Positions 19,314 to 29,083 of a DNA stretch of 64,000 bases are shown piece by piece; position 1 is the stretch's first letter, and each line of letters opens with the position of its first letter. The stretch covers positions 119-64,118 of the forward strand of contig JAHJTW010000061.1 of the NCBI GenBank assembly GCA_018829565.1. Direction: 5' to 3'. Origin of the DNA: a bacterium (GTDB lineage: Bacteria > Krumholzibacteriota > Krumholzibacteriia > LZORAL124-64-63). The notes beneath the pieces were generated by a model. That model had not been told where the DNA came from, ran no database searches, and saw only the letters and a program-made list of their open reading frames with translations. The position numbers were made by a program, and so were the translations under genes.

Positions 19314-21274
19314 GCGGGAATCCGCAGCCTCGTGAACGCCTCGTTGAGGGCGGCCACGCGCCCCTGGTCCCTGCCTTCCATGTAGTAGCGCAGCACCGCG
19401 TCGGTGCCCGAGGCCCTCAGTTCGAACCACTGCCCCGAGAACTCGATGTAAGTGCCGTCACCGGCGTGGAAGATGCGCTTGATATCCGGCAGCGCCACGT
19501 CCTCCGTCATGGCCGCCCGGAGCCGGGCCGCCGCCTCCGCAGGTTCGAGACCTTCCAGGGCAAGGAAGAAGGCCACGGTGGCCTCCTTGCGCCGGTTCCC
19601 CTCGGCCCTGGCCTCGTCCCGGGCCTTCCCTTTCAGCGACTCGTCGAACAACGTGATGTCGCGCCGCTCGTAGAAGCGGTAGTCGGTGTCGTACTTATCC
19701 AGCAGGTCCAGGTAGTAGCGGGCGAAGCTGCCGCCTCCGGTGTGCAGCCGGGCGGCCAGGCAGAGGGCCATCACCCCGATCTGCATGGCGTCCTTCTCCT
19801 TGGGCGCCAGACTGGTCCGGGCGCCGCCGCGGCTACAGGTGGGCTCGGCCGGGCCCATGGCGGCCCCGCCGCTCTCCTCGGCCATGATCAGCAGGCGGGG
19901 CCGGGGACCGAAGACGGTCTCCCGGCCGGTCACGTCGGTGGCCCGGGTGTCCCGGCCTTCCGCGGCCGCGATCTGGTCCTCGATATCCTTCACCAGGGCG
20001 GCGAAGTGCTTGAAACCCACCGGCACCCTGAAGGTGCGCAGACCCGACCCCGTGGCCGCATTGGTCTTCTCGGCGATCTCCCCGATGCTCAGGCTGGTGG
20101 GATAGGTGGAGGCCACGATCCAGTCGTAGGCGTCCAGGATCCCGGCCTGCTGCAGCCCCTCGATCTTGAGTGCCGTCAGCATGAAGTAGATCTGGTTGGG
20201 CTTGAAGTAGACCAGGCAGCGGTCCGCGTCGAGAGGATCGACCTCCAGACCGGCGGCTGCGGCCTCGTCCGCCAGGACGGCGGGCGCCACCGTGACCATG
20301 TTGAAGCGGTCCCCATCCGGATCCCAGATGAAGAAGACGTGGCACTTGCGGCCCCGCAGCAAATCCTGGGCGCCGACGTGCTTGTACACCTGCCACTTGC
20401 CGGGATCCACGCCGTGGTTGACCCCGTCGACGATCCCGATGCCGTGGTAGGTGGTGCTTTCCCGGTCGTGGGTCAAAAACACGGGCCCGTCCTCGCCCAC
20501 CCCCACGTCCAGACCGCCGAAGATGCGGCGCGCGGCGGCGGCCATGGAGCCGCCCTCGGTGCAGAAGGCGGCCTTGAACCCCCCGGCGGCCGCCGGTCCG
20601 ATCTCCCCGAGCAGGGGCCCGGGGACGACCTGGCGCAGGTAGTCCAGGTAGGCGTCGTAGGGATCGAAATCCCGCCGGATGAGGGGATCGTTGGCCGCAG
20701 CGAGGCTGATCTTCAGCCCTGAGCGGGCGGCTCCGGCCACCAGTTCGCGCACCCGGTCGGCGATCAGGCCCGCCATCTCCAGAAGCTGGCCTCCGCTTGC
20801 ATCCATGGGCTTCCAGCCGCCCTTGTAGCTCTGGCTGTGGCTGGCTGTGAAGTTCTCGCCGCCGTCGAGCTCCTCGTAGAAGACCCCGAAGCTGGACAGC
20901 CAGATGGGCGTCGTGCGCCGGTCGGCCGGGCTCAGGTGCACCCGGATGCCCTTCGCCGCGTAGATCCTGGCGGCCAGGTCGATGAACTCCTGGGTGTGGG
21001 GCCGGACCTCCCCGCCCACGTGCAGGGACTTCAGGCCCCTTTCGACCGCCAGCTGGGCCCGGGCTTCCAGCATGATCCCCACGGTCAGCCCGTTGAAGGG
21101 GACCTCGAGATTGAACAGGTCGTCCGGATCCAGGAGGTCCCGGTATCCCGCCGTTCCCAGCTGGAACTGGGCCGCCCACCGATCCAGCCCGGCGTGGGCG
21201 ACCAGGTTCCGGTCCACGGAGAACGATTCGGCGGCCTTGGCGAACGGGGTGAACAGGGCGTGGCGCGGGCTCAT
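19307..21274 (-). CDS. alpha-D-phosphohexomutase superfamily protein (atypical PGM/PMM-like)
   Basis: Catalytic-Ser loop TASHSQSYKGGWKP, metal loop FIWDPDGDRFN, sugar loop MAEESGGAAMG. I prefer the ATG at 21274 (GGGAG 7 nt upstream, and downstream of the mapped promoter) over 21334. Confidence 0.75.
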   Translation of the reverse strand: MSPRHALFTPFAKAAESFSVDRNLVAHAGLDRWAAQFQLGTAGYRDLLDPDDLFNLEVPFNGLTVGIMLEARAQLAVERGLKSLHVGGEVRPHTQEFIDLAARIYAAKGIRVHLSPADRRTTPIWLSSFGVFYEELDGGENFTASHSQSYKGGWKPMDASGGQLLEMAGLIADRVRELVAGAARSGLKISLAAANDPLIRRDFDPYDAYLDYLRQVVPGPLLGEIGPAAAGGFKAAFCTEGGSMAAAARRIFGGLDVGVGEDGPVFLTHDRESTTYHGIGIVDGVNHGVDPGKWQVYKHVGAQDLLRGRKCHVFFIWDPDGDRFNMVTVAPAVLADEAAAAGLEVDPLDADRCLVYFKPNQIYFMLTALKIEGLQQAGILDAYDWIVASTYPTSLSIGEIAEKTNAATGSGLRTFRVPVGFKHFAALVKDIEDQIAAAEGRDTRATDVTGRETVFGPRPRLLIMAEESGGAAMGPAEPTCSRGGARTSLAPKEKDAMQIGVMALCLAARLHTGGGSFARYYLDLLDKYDTDYRFYERRDITLFDESLKGKARDEARAEGNRRKEATVAFFLALEGLEPAEAAARLRAAMTEDVALPDIKRIFHAGDGTYIEFSGQWFELRASGTDAVLRYYMEGRDQGRVAALNEAFTRLRIPAQ

Positions 21275-21332
21275 GGACGGGCTCCCGGGTTGTGATCTGG
21301 AATCGAAGGCGGCGGCGTCTGGTCCCGCGACC

Positions 21333-21360
21333 ATTATATACCGGCCCGGACGGATGGCAA
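21333..21360 (-). promoter_or_regulatory. sigma70-type promoter for the phosphohexomutase gene
   Basis: On the minus strand: TTGCCA (21360-21355), 16 nt, TATAAT (21338-21333). Confidence 0.55.
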
Positions 21361-21378
21361 CCGGCCCCGAACCGTCCC

Positions 21379-21939
21379 TCAGCCGCCGAATGACACGTCC
21401 ACCACCTGGCGGATGACGGCGCTCTCGACCTCGAAGAATTCCTCGGGACGGAACCGGAACAGCGAGGCGATGACGTTGGAGGGGAACACCTCGATGCGCG
21501 TGTTCAGATCGCGGACGTTGCCGTTGTAGAAGCGGCGCGCGGCCTGGATGCGGTCCTCGGTGTTGGTCAGTTCCTGCTGGAGGGCCAGGAAGTTCGCATT
21601 GGCCTTGAGATCGGGATAGGCCTCGGCCACCGCCAGCAGCTTCTGCAGACCGGCCACCAGGTTCTTCTCGTCAGCGGCCTGCTTGCCTGGGCTGCCGTGG
21701 GAATTGCGGGCCCGCTCGCGGGCCGTGGTGACCGCTTCGAGGGTCTCGCGCTCGTGGGCGGCGTAGCCCTTGACCGCCGCCACCAGATTGGGGATCAGGT
21801 CGTACCGGCGCTTCAGTTCGGTGTCGATGTCCGCCCAGGACTCCCGGACGTGCTGCCGTCCCCGGACCAGCGCATTGTAGTTCAGGGCCGCCCACAGGAG
21901 GATTGCCACCAGGATGCCGACCGGAATCTGCCAGACCAT
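21379..21939 (-). CDS. lemA: LemA family membrane protein
   Basis: MVWQIPVGILVAILLWAALNYNALVRGRQHVRESWADIDTELKRRYDLIPNLV...YPDLKANANFLALQQEL..TEDRI..ARRFYN is a textbook LemA sequence. The 434-aa track ORF is a read-through artefact. Confidence 0.9.
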   Translation of the reverse strand: MVWQIPVGILVAILLWAALNYNALVRGRQHVRESWADIDTELKRRYDLIPNLVAAVKGYAAHERETLEAVTTARERARNSHGSPGKQAADEKNLVAGLQKLLAVAEAYPDLKANANFLALQQELTNTEDRIQAARRFYNGNVRDLNTRIEVFPSNVIASLFRFRPEEFFEVESAVIRQVVDVSFGG

Positions 21940-21941
21940 CG

Positions 21942-22607
21942 TCACCGCCCTTTCATCTGCTGGATCACGTAGTCGGGAATCAGCCGGTACAGGGTCAGGG
22001 CCAGGTCCAGGGCCTGCTCGTGCTGCGGCGGCTGGTTGAATCCGGTGCGGTAGACCGCGATCTCCTGGAATCCGAACTCGATGCCGAAGTCCGGGGCGCC
22101 CAGGAGGTACTCCATGGTGCGCCCGTGGATGATGTCGTAGGCCCACTTCCGGTCGCTCGAGGTCACGTAGAACCTGCGGCTGAATTCCGCGGATTCGAAG
22201 TCGATGTCGTCCTTGCCCAGGAACTCCCCCACCTTGTCGAAGGCGTGTTCCCGCCTGATCTGCAGGGGAATGGTGGGGAACTCGCAGCCCAGGATCACCA
22301 CGCCGCGCCGGTGGGTCTGGCGGTTCTTGCCCGACCCGGTGACGTACTGGAAGTCGAAGCAGCTGACGTCGAGCCCCTCGATCGCGCCCTTGACGATGTT
22401 CTTGCTGCTCTTGGAGTGACCCCGGTCGAACACCTTCAGGCCCGGCCAGTTCTTGTGCCAGTCCTTGCGGCCCGAGCTGTCCAGACGCCACCCCCGGCCG
22501 TGGGCCCAGAGGAGCAGGACTTGGCGCCGCTGCTGCTCCTGGCGCCAGGCGATCACGCCGATGGTGATCACGATCGCCAGAAAAATCAGGATGAACAGGC
22601 CCTGCAA
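21942..22607 (-). CDS. membrane-anchored hypothetical protein (possibly DUF3137-like), paralog of 40550-41224
   Basis: Single N-terminal TM (LFILIFLAIVITIGVIAW), then RGW and later blocks colinear with the 40550-41224 product. The stop is 2 nt before the lemA start. The TTG at 22607 has GGGGGAGAGG 5 nt upstream; an alternative TTG lies at 22679. Confidence 0.6.
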   Translation of the reverse strand: MQGLFILIFLAIVITIGVIAWRQEQQRRQVLLLWAHGRGWRLDSSGRKDWHKNWPGLKVFDRGHSKSSKNIVKGAIEGLDVSCFDFQYVTGSGKNRQTHRRGVVILGCEFPTIPLQIRREHAFDKVGEFLGKDDIDFESAEFSRRFYVTSSDRKWAYDIIHGRTMEYLLGAPDFGIEFGFQEIAVYRTGFNQPPQHEQALDLALTLYRLIPDYVIQQMKGR

Positions 22608-22710
22608 GACGTCCTCTCCCCCTTTTCCCGTGAATTCCCTCTGCCCGAGGATTGTCGGTCTCCCGGGCCGTGATCTCAATCAATAATTACCCCTCCGGTG
22701 CGGGGTTTAT

Positions 22711-22741
22711 TGAAAAATAGGCCCGGACCGGAGTCCGGGCC
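22711..22741 (-). terminator. rho-independent terminator of the 22767-23453 gene
   Basis: On the minus strand: GGCCCGGAC-tccg-GTCCGGGCC followed by CTATTTTTCA. Confidence 0.6.
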
Positions 22742-22766
22742 CATGGGGCAGGCAAGGCAACGGGAT

Positions 22767-23453
22767 TTACCGGAACAGAGCCTTCACGGCGCCGAAGCTG
22801 GTCTCGTCGCTGTCCACGGCGCAATCGACGACTTCGATGCCGTCGGCCAGGACTTCCAGCTTGAAGGCGCTGAAGTTGTAGTTCAGCAGGCCGGTGGCGT
22901 GGTTGTAGCAGTCGCCGAGCATGACGGTGGTGTCATCGTACCAGTAGTCGTCGAACATGACGGTGCCGCCGCCGAGGGCCTCGGCGAACCACTCGCCGTA
23001 GGAGTTGGGGGCGACGGTGACCTGCATGCCGTCGGTGACCATGATGTAGCAGCCTTCCCAGGGCTCGGGATCGGCCACCAGGCTGGCGGCTTCAACGTAG
23101 CTGGGGGCCGGCAGGGCGCCGGGGCCCAGGATCGTCACGACCGCGCCCACGGTGGCGGTGGCCTCGACCTCGCTCAGGTCATAGTACTCGTAATACAGGC
23201 CGCCCTGGATGTTGACGATGTCGCCGGGCTGGGCGCCCGTGTCGGAACCCGTGTAGACCCAGATGCCGTTGTAGGCGCCGAAGGGCGCTTCGGCCGCGAA
23301 GAACCCGTTGTAGCGGGTTGCGATCACGGTCACGTTGAGCATGTCGACGTTGGTGTTCTCGGCGATCAGCCCGGTCTGGATGTCGCTGATCACGCCGGCC
23401 TGGGCCCCGAAGGCGACGAGGCAGAGCAACAGTGCGGTAACGATGCGGTTCAT
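22767..23453 (-). CDS. secreted hypothetical protein
   Basis: ATG at 23453 with GGAGG 6 nt upstream. Signal peptide MNRIVTALLLCLVAFGAQAG. The mature part starts VISDIQTG, reminiscent of the N-termini of extracellular nucleases, but no catalytic domain is visible. Confidence 0.65.
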   Translation of the reverse strand: MNRIVTALLLCLVAFGAQAGVISDIQTGLIAENTNVDMLNVTVIATRYNGFFAAEAPFGAYNGIWVYTGSDTGAQPGDIVNIQGGLYYEYYDLSEVEATATVGAVVTILGPGALPAPSYVEAASLVADPEPWEGCYIMVTDGMQVTVAPNSYGEWFAEALGGGTVMFDDYWYDDTTVMLGDCYNHATGLLNYNFSAFKLEVLADGIEVVDCAVDSDETSFGAVKALFR

Positions 23454-23552
23454 GTTGATCCTCCCGAAATGATACGTGTCCCGCGACGCCGAACGCCGGC
23501 GTGCGGGGGTCGGCATGGCGCCGCCCGGGGATGCGGTCCCCTCGAGGGGTAG

Positions 23553-23582
23553 ATCTTAAACGATCGGTGTTCGATTTGTAAA
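23553..23582 (-). promoter_or_regulatory. candidate promoter of the secreted-protein gene
   Basis: On the minus strand: TTTACA (23582-23577), 18 nt, TAAGAT (23558-23553). It leaves a GC-structured leader of about 100 nt (for example CCCCTCGAGGGG at 23538-23549). Confidence 0.4.
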
Positions 23583-23639
23583 AACCCCAGGCCAAAAAAT
23601 GGCCAATTTTCTCATAAGACCCTATGTTTTTTGAAAATA

Positions 23640-23669
23640 GAAAATCCCCCGCCTGGCGGGGGATTTTCC
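23640..23669 (-). terminator. rho-independent terminator after the AtuA-like gene (palindromic, possibly bidirectional)
   Basis: GAAAATCCCCCGCC-t-GGCGGGGGATTTTC. On the minus strand the stem is followed by TATTTTC. Confidence 0.6.
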
Positions 23670-23714
23670 TGCTCACGCTCCGGGAAAGGTGGCGAACCGC
23701 GAAGGCCTTCCGGA

Positions 23715-25502
23715 CTACTTCAATCCGCGCAGCAGACCCACCGGGACCTTGACCTGCATCTCCAGCAGGGCCTGGCTCATGGTCTTGCCCTGGGGATCGA
23801 CCAGAAGGCTGCGGGTGCCGCCGCCGCCGAGCGCCCCGGCGAGCAGGAAGTTCAGGCCCTGGAGGTTGTCCAGCTCGTACCGGGTGACCTCGCCCTTGAC
23901 CATGGGACCGAAGAACCTCTGCACGACGGCCGGGGTCAGCTTCACCTTGATCCAGTCGTAGACCCCCGGAGACCGCGCCAGCACGCCGATGTTGCAGGTG
24001 TCGCCCTTGTCGCCGCTGCGCGCGTAGCAGAGGCGCCGCAGGGGGACGGTGACCGTCCGCCCCGGCCAGGTGCGCCGCAGCGGGCGGGATGTCTTGACGC
24101 CGCTGCGGGCCGGCTCGCCGACCTCGCCCCGGATCGGGAAGTGGATCTCCTGGAAGTGTTCCTTGCAGTCGGTGGCCAGGGTCAGGACCTTGGCCGACAC
24201 CCGGTCGCGGCGCATCAACGCCGGCCAGTAGGCCATGACCTGCTGGGGACGGGGCCGACCGCGGGTGCTGACCGCCATGCCCGATGGGCCCGCGAGGATG
24301 AGCGCCGGCACGGCCTTGCTGAAGTCGTTGATCTTGTGCAGGTCGTGATCCCGCACCCCGAACCTCAGGTAGATCTCGTTGGTGCTGCAGGTGGACAGGT
24401 GATCGGGCCAGATGGAGCCGGCGCCGGTCAGGGCGGTGGCGGTCTCCTCGAAGGTGTGGCCGACCTTCTCCCAGAAGATCTCCTCCACGCAGGCGGCCTT
24501 CTTCTCCACCTCGGGACCGCTGACGAGGATCTCGCCCTCGGCCTTCCAGCCGTCCTGGAAAGCCATGGAGACCTTGAACATCTCAGGCGCGGGGCCGCCC
24601 TTCACTCCGCTGACCTTGACGCGGTCCCTACCGGCCTCCTCCACGGTGATGCTGTCGAAGTAGGCCACGCCGTCGGGGGAGATGTACTGCCCGGGATCGC
24701 CCATCTCGTAGACGAGCTGCTCCTTGACCGACTTCTCGTTGATGAGGCCGCCGGTACGCTTGTGCTTGGTGACGTAGAACTCGCCGCTGCGGTGCATCTC
24801 GATGATGGGGTAGCCCATGTTGTGGAACGAGGGCACCTCGTGCCAGTCGGTGATGTTGCCGCCGCTGCCCTGGGCTCCGCACTCGATGATGTGGCCGGCC
24901 ACGATGCCGGCCGCCATGCGGTCCCAGTCGTCCATGGCCCAGCCGAACTCGTGGATCATGGGCGCCAGGGTCAGGCCCGTGTCGGTGACCCGGCCGGTGA
25001 CCACGATGTCGCAGCCCTCGTCCAGGGCGGCCACCACCGGTTCGGCGCCCAGGTAGACGTTGGCGGAGGTGATCCGGCTGCGGACTGAGGTGAAGTCCTC
25101 CCCCGTCTCCATGTTGGTGAACTTCTCGCCCGCGGCGGTCAGCTCGTACAGCCGGGTGGAGATGTCGTCCCCGTAGACCACGCCGACCTTGATGTCCAGG
25201 CCCAGGCGGCGGGCCAGGGCGCGGATCTGGCGGCCCAGCCCGATGGGGTTCATGCCCCCGGCGTTGTTGATGACCCGGACCTTCTTCTCGACGATCAGGG
25301 GCAGGCAGGTCTCCAGCTGGGTCAGGAAGTCCTTGGCGTAGCCGAGCTCGGGATTGCTGAGCTGCTGCTTGCGCAGGATCGACATGGTGATCTCGGCCAG
25401 GAAGTCCATGGTGACGTAGTCGAGCTTGCCGCCGGTGAGCTGCCGGCGCAGGGCGTCCATGTCGTCTCCCCAGTATCCGCCGGCGTTGGCGATGCGGATC
25501 AT
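23715..25502 (-). CDS. AtuA-family protein (DUF1446, acyclic terpene utilisation-like)
   Basis: MIRIANAGGYWGDDMDALRRQLTGGKLDYVTMDFLAEITMSIL is the typical AtuA N-terminus. 595 aa from the ATG at 25502. Confidence 0.75.
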   Translation of the reverse strand: MIRIANAGGYWGDDMDALRRQLTGGKLDYVTMDFLAEITMSILRKQQLSNPELGYAKDFLTQLETCLPLIVEKKVRVINNAGGMNPIGLGRQIRALARRLGLDIKVGVVYGDDISTRLYELTAAGEKFTNMETGEDFTSVRSRITSANVYLGAEPVVAALDEGCDIVVTGRVTDTGLTLAPMIHEFGWAMDDWDRMAAGIVAGHIIECGAQGSGGNITDWHEVPSFHNMGYPIIEMHRSGEFYVTKHKRTGGLINEKSVKEQLVYEMGDPGQYISPDGVAYFDSITVEEAGRDRVKVSGVKGGPAPEMFKVSMAFQDGWKAEGEILVSGPEVEKKAACVEEIFWEKVGHTFEETATALTGAGSIWPDHLSTCSTNEIYLRFGVRDHDLHKINDFSKAVPALILAGPSGMAVSTRGRPRPQQVMAYWPALMRRDRVSAKVLTLATDCKEHFQEIHFPIRGEVGEPARSGVKTSRPLRRTWPGRTVTVPLRRLCYARSGDKGDTCNIGVLARSPGVYDWIKVKLTPAVVQRFFGPMVKGEVTRYELDNLQGLNFLLAGALGGGGTRSLLVDPQGKTMSQALLEMQVKVPVGLLRGLK

Positions 25503-25612
25503 CTTCTTCAAGGCGGGCTCCTTGCAAAGAGTGAACTTGTCATTTTTGAAACTGACACCATAATGGGGGCTGCCCAGGATGCCAAGCAAGCCGGAAAGGA
25601 CCGGAATCCCGC

Positions 25613-28600
25613 ATGAACCCTTCCAGCCCCCTGTCGGGACGCTACTTCGTCTTCGGGTTCCCCCTTTCGGGAGCCTCCTGGGACCGTTTCGGCGTCCTGA
25701 ACCTGCTCCCGGGGAGCGATCCGGAGACCCTGGCCGACCTGTCCTACGAGATCCGCAAGCTGGCCGATGCCGTCAACCGGGACCCGGGCTGCAAGGCCGG
25801 CGAGATCCCTCCCACCCAGGCCGAGATCCTGCTGGCCCTGCGCACGGTGAACCAGGCCCTGCGGTGGGTCTCGCGCCAGTACTTCACGCAGGACAATCCC
25901 GGCGGGCTGATGCGCTGCCGCCAGTGGGCCGAGCAGCGGCTGGGCACCGATGCGGTCGAGAACCTGTTCTCGACCTTCGTGGGGTTGTTTCCCCCTGCAG
26001 TGGTCAAGCGCGGCGTCAAGAAGCCCGCGGAGTTCCTGGCCACCGGCAGTGATGACCTGAGCGGGCCCGATCTCGCCTCCCTCGAGATGATCCTGCTGTT
26101 CATGAACGTGACCAACCCCGCGGCCCGGCCCGCCGAGCACCTCTTCGATGACGGCGAGCTCCGCCGCCGGGCGTCGTTCCTGCCGTTCGTCACCGGGATC
26201 GAGGATTACCTCGAGGAGTTCGAACCCCACGGCAGCTTGGGCACTTCCCTGTTCCACCTGCTGCGGGCGCCCATGCTGGCGAGTCCCGATTCGCTGTCGG
26301 GACAGATCGCGTACATCCGCGATCACTGGGCCCACCTGCTGCCCGAGGAGCTGGTGCGCAGTCTGCAATTCGCCCTGGACGTCCTGAAGGAGATCGATTC
26401 CCACCGGCTGGCCGCCTACGGTCCGCCCCCGGTGCTGGAGTTCGGTCCGGGCACGGCCGGCTGGATGGGCGAGTACCCCGAGCCCGAGGCCTTCAGCCAC
26501 GACGCCGACTGGATGGCCAACGTCGTGCTCATGGCCAAGTCGGTGTACGTCTGGCTGGACCAGCTGTCGCGGTGGTATGGACGGCCCATCCACACGCTCG
26601 CCGACATCCCTGACGAGGAACTGGACCGCCTGTCCCGCTGGGGCGTCAACGGCCTGTGGCTGATCGGCCTGTGGGAGCGCTCGACGGCCTCCCGCACCAT
26701 CAAGCAGTGGATGGGCAACCCCGAGGCCGCGGCCAGCGCCTACTCCCTGAAGGAATACGCGATCGCCCACGACCTGGGCGGCGAGGACGCCTGGCGCAAC
26801 CTGAGCGAGCGCGCCGGCCGCCGGGGCATCAAGCTGGCATCGGACATGGTGCCCAACCACATGGGCGTCGACAGCCGCTGGATGGTCGAGCACCCCGAGT
26901 ACTTCCTGCAGCTGGAGCATCCCCCCTACCCCGGCTACAAGTTCACCTGCGAGAACCTGTGCGACGCCCCGGGCGTGGGCGTGCGCATCGAAGACGGCTA
27001 CTGGAACCACAGCGACGCCGCGGTGGTGTTCCAGCGCATCGACGAAAGCACCGGCCATGCGCGCTACATCTACCACGGCAACGACGGCACCAGCATGCCC
27101 TGGAACGACACCGCCCAGCTGAACTTCCTGCTGCCTGAGGTGCGCGAGGCCGTCACGCGCGTGATCCTGGACGTGGCGCGGCGCTTCCCCATCATCCGCT
27201 TCGATGCGGCCATGACCCTCGCGAAGAAGCACTACCAGCGCCTGTGGTTCCCCTTGCCCGGCGACGCCGGCGCCATCCCCTCCCGCGCCGAGCACGGCAT
27301 GACCCGCGAGGAGTTCGACCGCGCCTTCCCCGTCGAATTCTGGCGCGAAGTCGTCGACCGCGTGGCCGCCGAGGCGCCCGACACCCTGCTGCTGGCCGAG
27401 GCGTTCTGGCTCATGGAAGGCTACTTCGTCCGCACCCTGGGCATGCACCGCGTCTACAACTCCGCGTTCATGAACATGCTCAAGATGGAGGACAACCAGA
27501 AGTACCGGCAGACGCTGAAGAACGTGCTGGAGTTCAGCCCCGGCATCCTGCAGCGCTTCGTGAACTTCATGAACAACCCGGACGAGCGCACCGCCGTCGA
27601 GCAGTTCGGCCGCGGCGATAAATATTTCGGCTGCATGGTTATGATGGTGACCCTGCCGGGCCTGCCCATGATCGGCCACGGGCAGATCGAGGGCTTCACC
27701 GAGAAGTACGGCATGGAGTACCGCAAGGCCTACTGGGACGAGAAGATCGACCAGGACATGGTCCGGCGGCACGAGCGGGAGATCTTTCCCCTCATGCGCC
27801 GCCGCCACCTGTTCAGCGGCGCGGAGAACTTCGCCCTGTTCGACTTCGAGCACGACCAGGGCTGGGTGGACGAGAACGTGTTCGCCTACGCCAACGGCCG
27901 CGGCCACGAGCGCGTGCTGATCATCTACAACAACGCCTACGAATCGACGAGCGGGCGCATCAAGCTGTCGTCGGCGATCAACCGCGGATCGGGAGACAAC
28001 CCGTCCCTGCACCAGGTGACCATCGCCGAGTCGTTGGCCCTCGATTGCTCGCCCGGGGTGTGGTACGCGCTGTTCGACCACGCCGACGGCCTGCAGTACC
28101 TGCGCACCGGTCGCGAGCTGGGCGAGCATGGCCTGCACACCACGCTGCACGGGTATCAGTACCGGGCGTTCCTGGGCATTCGCCGCCTCGATGGCGGCGA
28201 CGCCGAGTGGGCCGAGCTTGCGGGTGCGTTGCAGGGCGGCGGGGCGCCGGATCTGGTGAGGGCGCGGCTGCGGCGCACCGTCGAGCCGCAGCTGGCGAAG
28301 GTGCGGGAGTGGATGGCGCCCGAGGTGCTGGCGTGGTTGGAATGCGAGTCGGCGGCCACTGAGGAGACTATGCCGGCCGGGGGCGAAGCCGCCGGACGGC
28401 CTTCCGATACTGCCGAGGACTCCGTCCTCGGCGTGCTCCCTGCGTCATTGCGCGAGCTGGCGGAGGGGCTGCGCCAGGTCATGGAGCTGGAGATTCCCGA
28501 GAAGCTGGGCAAGGGCAGTCAGAAAGAGCTGGCCGCGCTGCGCGCGGCCATTCCGCACAGCAGGGCGCTGCAGGTCGTGTTCCTTGCGGGCGTGTTGGCG

Positions 28601-29029
28601 GAAGCCGCAAGGCCGGAACACGGATTGGCCGCCGAGGCGGCCGAACTCGTCGCCGAAGACATGGACGCCGCACTGCGCGAGTGGCTGGGCCACGATCACG
28701 CCGCGCGCATGGCCGGCTGGGCTGCGAGGCTGCTTGCAGCCTCTCCCGAGGCCGCCGCAGGCATGGCTACGGGCAAAACGGCATGGATGACGGCCGTGAC
28801 CGAGCGACCCGAGGCCGGCAGCTTCCTGGGCATCAACGAGCACGCCGGGGTGACCTGGTTCAGCGCCGAAGCCCTCGACGACTGGCTGTTGATCGTTGGC
28901 GTGGCTGCATTGGCGGGCGAGGAACCCGCCGATGTGGTGCCGCTGCTGGATGCGCGCTCGCTGCTGCGGCAGGCTGCGAAGAAGGCGGAATACAGGTTGC
29001 GAGAGTTCCGCGAGGCACTTGTGGGTTAA
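25613..29029 (+). CDS. large GH13 (alpha-amylase family) glycoside hydrolase with long N- and C-terminal extensions
   Basis: GH13 regions: IKLASDMVPNHMG (I), IIRFDAAMTL (II), LLLAEAFW (III), FMNNPDE (IV). 1138 aa with an Ala-rich C-terminal third. Confidence 0.8.
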   Translation: MNPSSPLSGRYFVFGFPLSGASWDRFGVLNLLPGSDPETLADLSYEIRKLADAVNRDPGCKAGEIPPTQAEILLALRTVNQALRWVSRQYFTQDNPGGLMRCRQWAEQRLGTDAVENLFSTFVGLFPPAVVKRGVKKPAEFLATGSDDLSGPDLASLEMILLFMNVTNPAARPAEHLFDDGELRRRASFLPFVTGIEDYLEEFEPHGSLGTSLFHLLRAPMLASPDSLSGQIAYIRDHWAHLLPEELVRSLQFALDVLKEIDSHRLAAYGPPPVLEFGPGTAGWMGEYPEPEAFSHDADWMANVVLMAKSVYVWLDQLSRWYGRPIHTLADIPDEELDRLSRWGVNGLWLIGLWERSTASRTIKQWMGNPEAAASAYSLKEYAIAHDLGGEDAWRNLSERAGRRGIKLASDMVPNHMGVDSRWMVEHPEYFLQLEHPPYPGYKFTCENLCDAPGVGVRIEDGYWNHSDAAVVFQRIDESTGHARYIYHGNDGTSMPWNDTAQLNFLLPEVREAVTRVILDVARRFPIIRFDAAMTLAKKHYQRLWFPLPGDAGAIPSRAEHGMTREEFDRAFPVEFWREVVDRVAAEAPDTLLLAEAFWLMEGYFVRTLGMHRVYNSAFMNMLKMEDNQKYRQTLKNVLEFSPGILQRFVNFMNNPDERTAVEQFGRGDKYFGCMVMMVTLPGLPMIGHGQIEGFTEKYGMEYRKAYWDEKIDQDMVRRHEREIFPLMRRRHLFSGAENFALFDFEHDQGWVDENVFAYANGRGHERVLIIYNNAYESTSGRIKLSSAINRGSGDNPSLHQVTIAESLALDCSPGVWYALFDHADGLQYLRTGRELGEHGLHTTLHGYQYRAFLGIRRLDGGDAEWAELAGALQGGGAPDLVRARLRRTVEPQLAKVREWMAPEVLAWLECESAATEETMPAGGEAAGRPSDTAEDSVLGVLPASLRELAEGLRQVMELEIPEKLGKGSQKELAALRAAIPHSRALQVVFLAGVLAEAARPEHGLAAEAAELVAEDMDAALREWLGHDHAARMAGWAARLLAASPEAAAGMATGKTAWMTAVTERPEAGSFLGINEHAGVTWFSAEALDDWLLIVGVAALAGEEPADVVPLLDARSLLRQAAKKAEYRLREFREALVG

Positions 29030-29052
29030 AGCCGAGACAAAAATCACGATCC

Positions 29053-29083
29053 TGTGACCAAAACCCCCGGCCGGACGGGGGTT
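29053..29083. repeat. 31-nt hairpin repeat, copy 1 (also the likely terminator of the GH13 gene)
   Basis: TGTGACCAAAACCCCCGGCCGGACGGGGGTT followed by CTATGATTTTTTGTT. It is 30/31 identical to 30467-30497. Confidence 0.8.
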
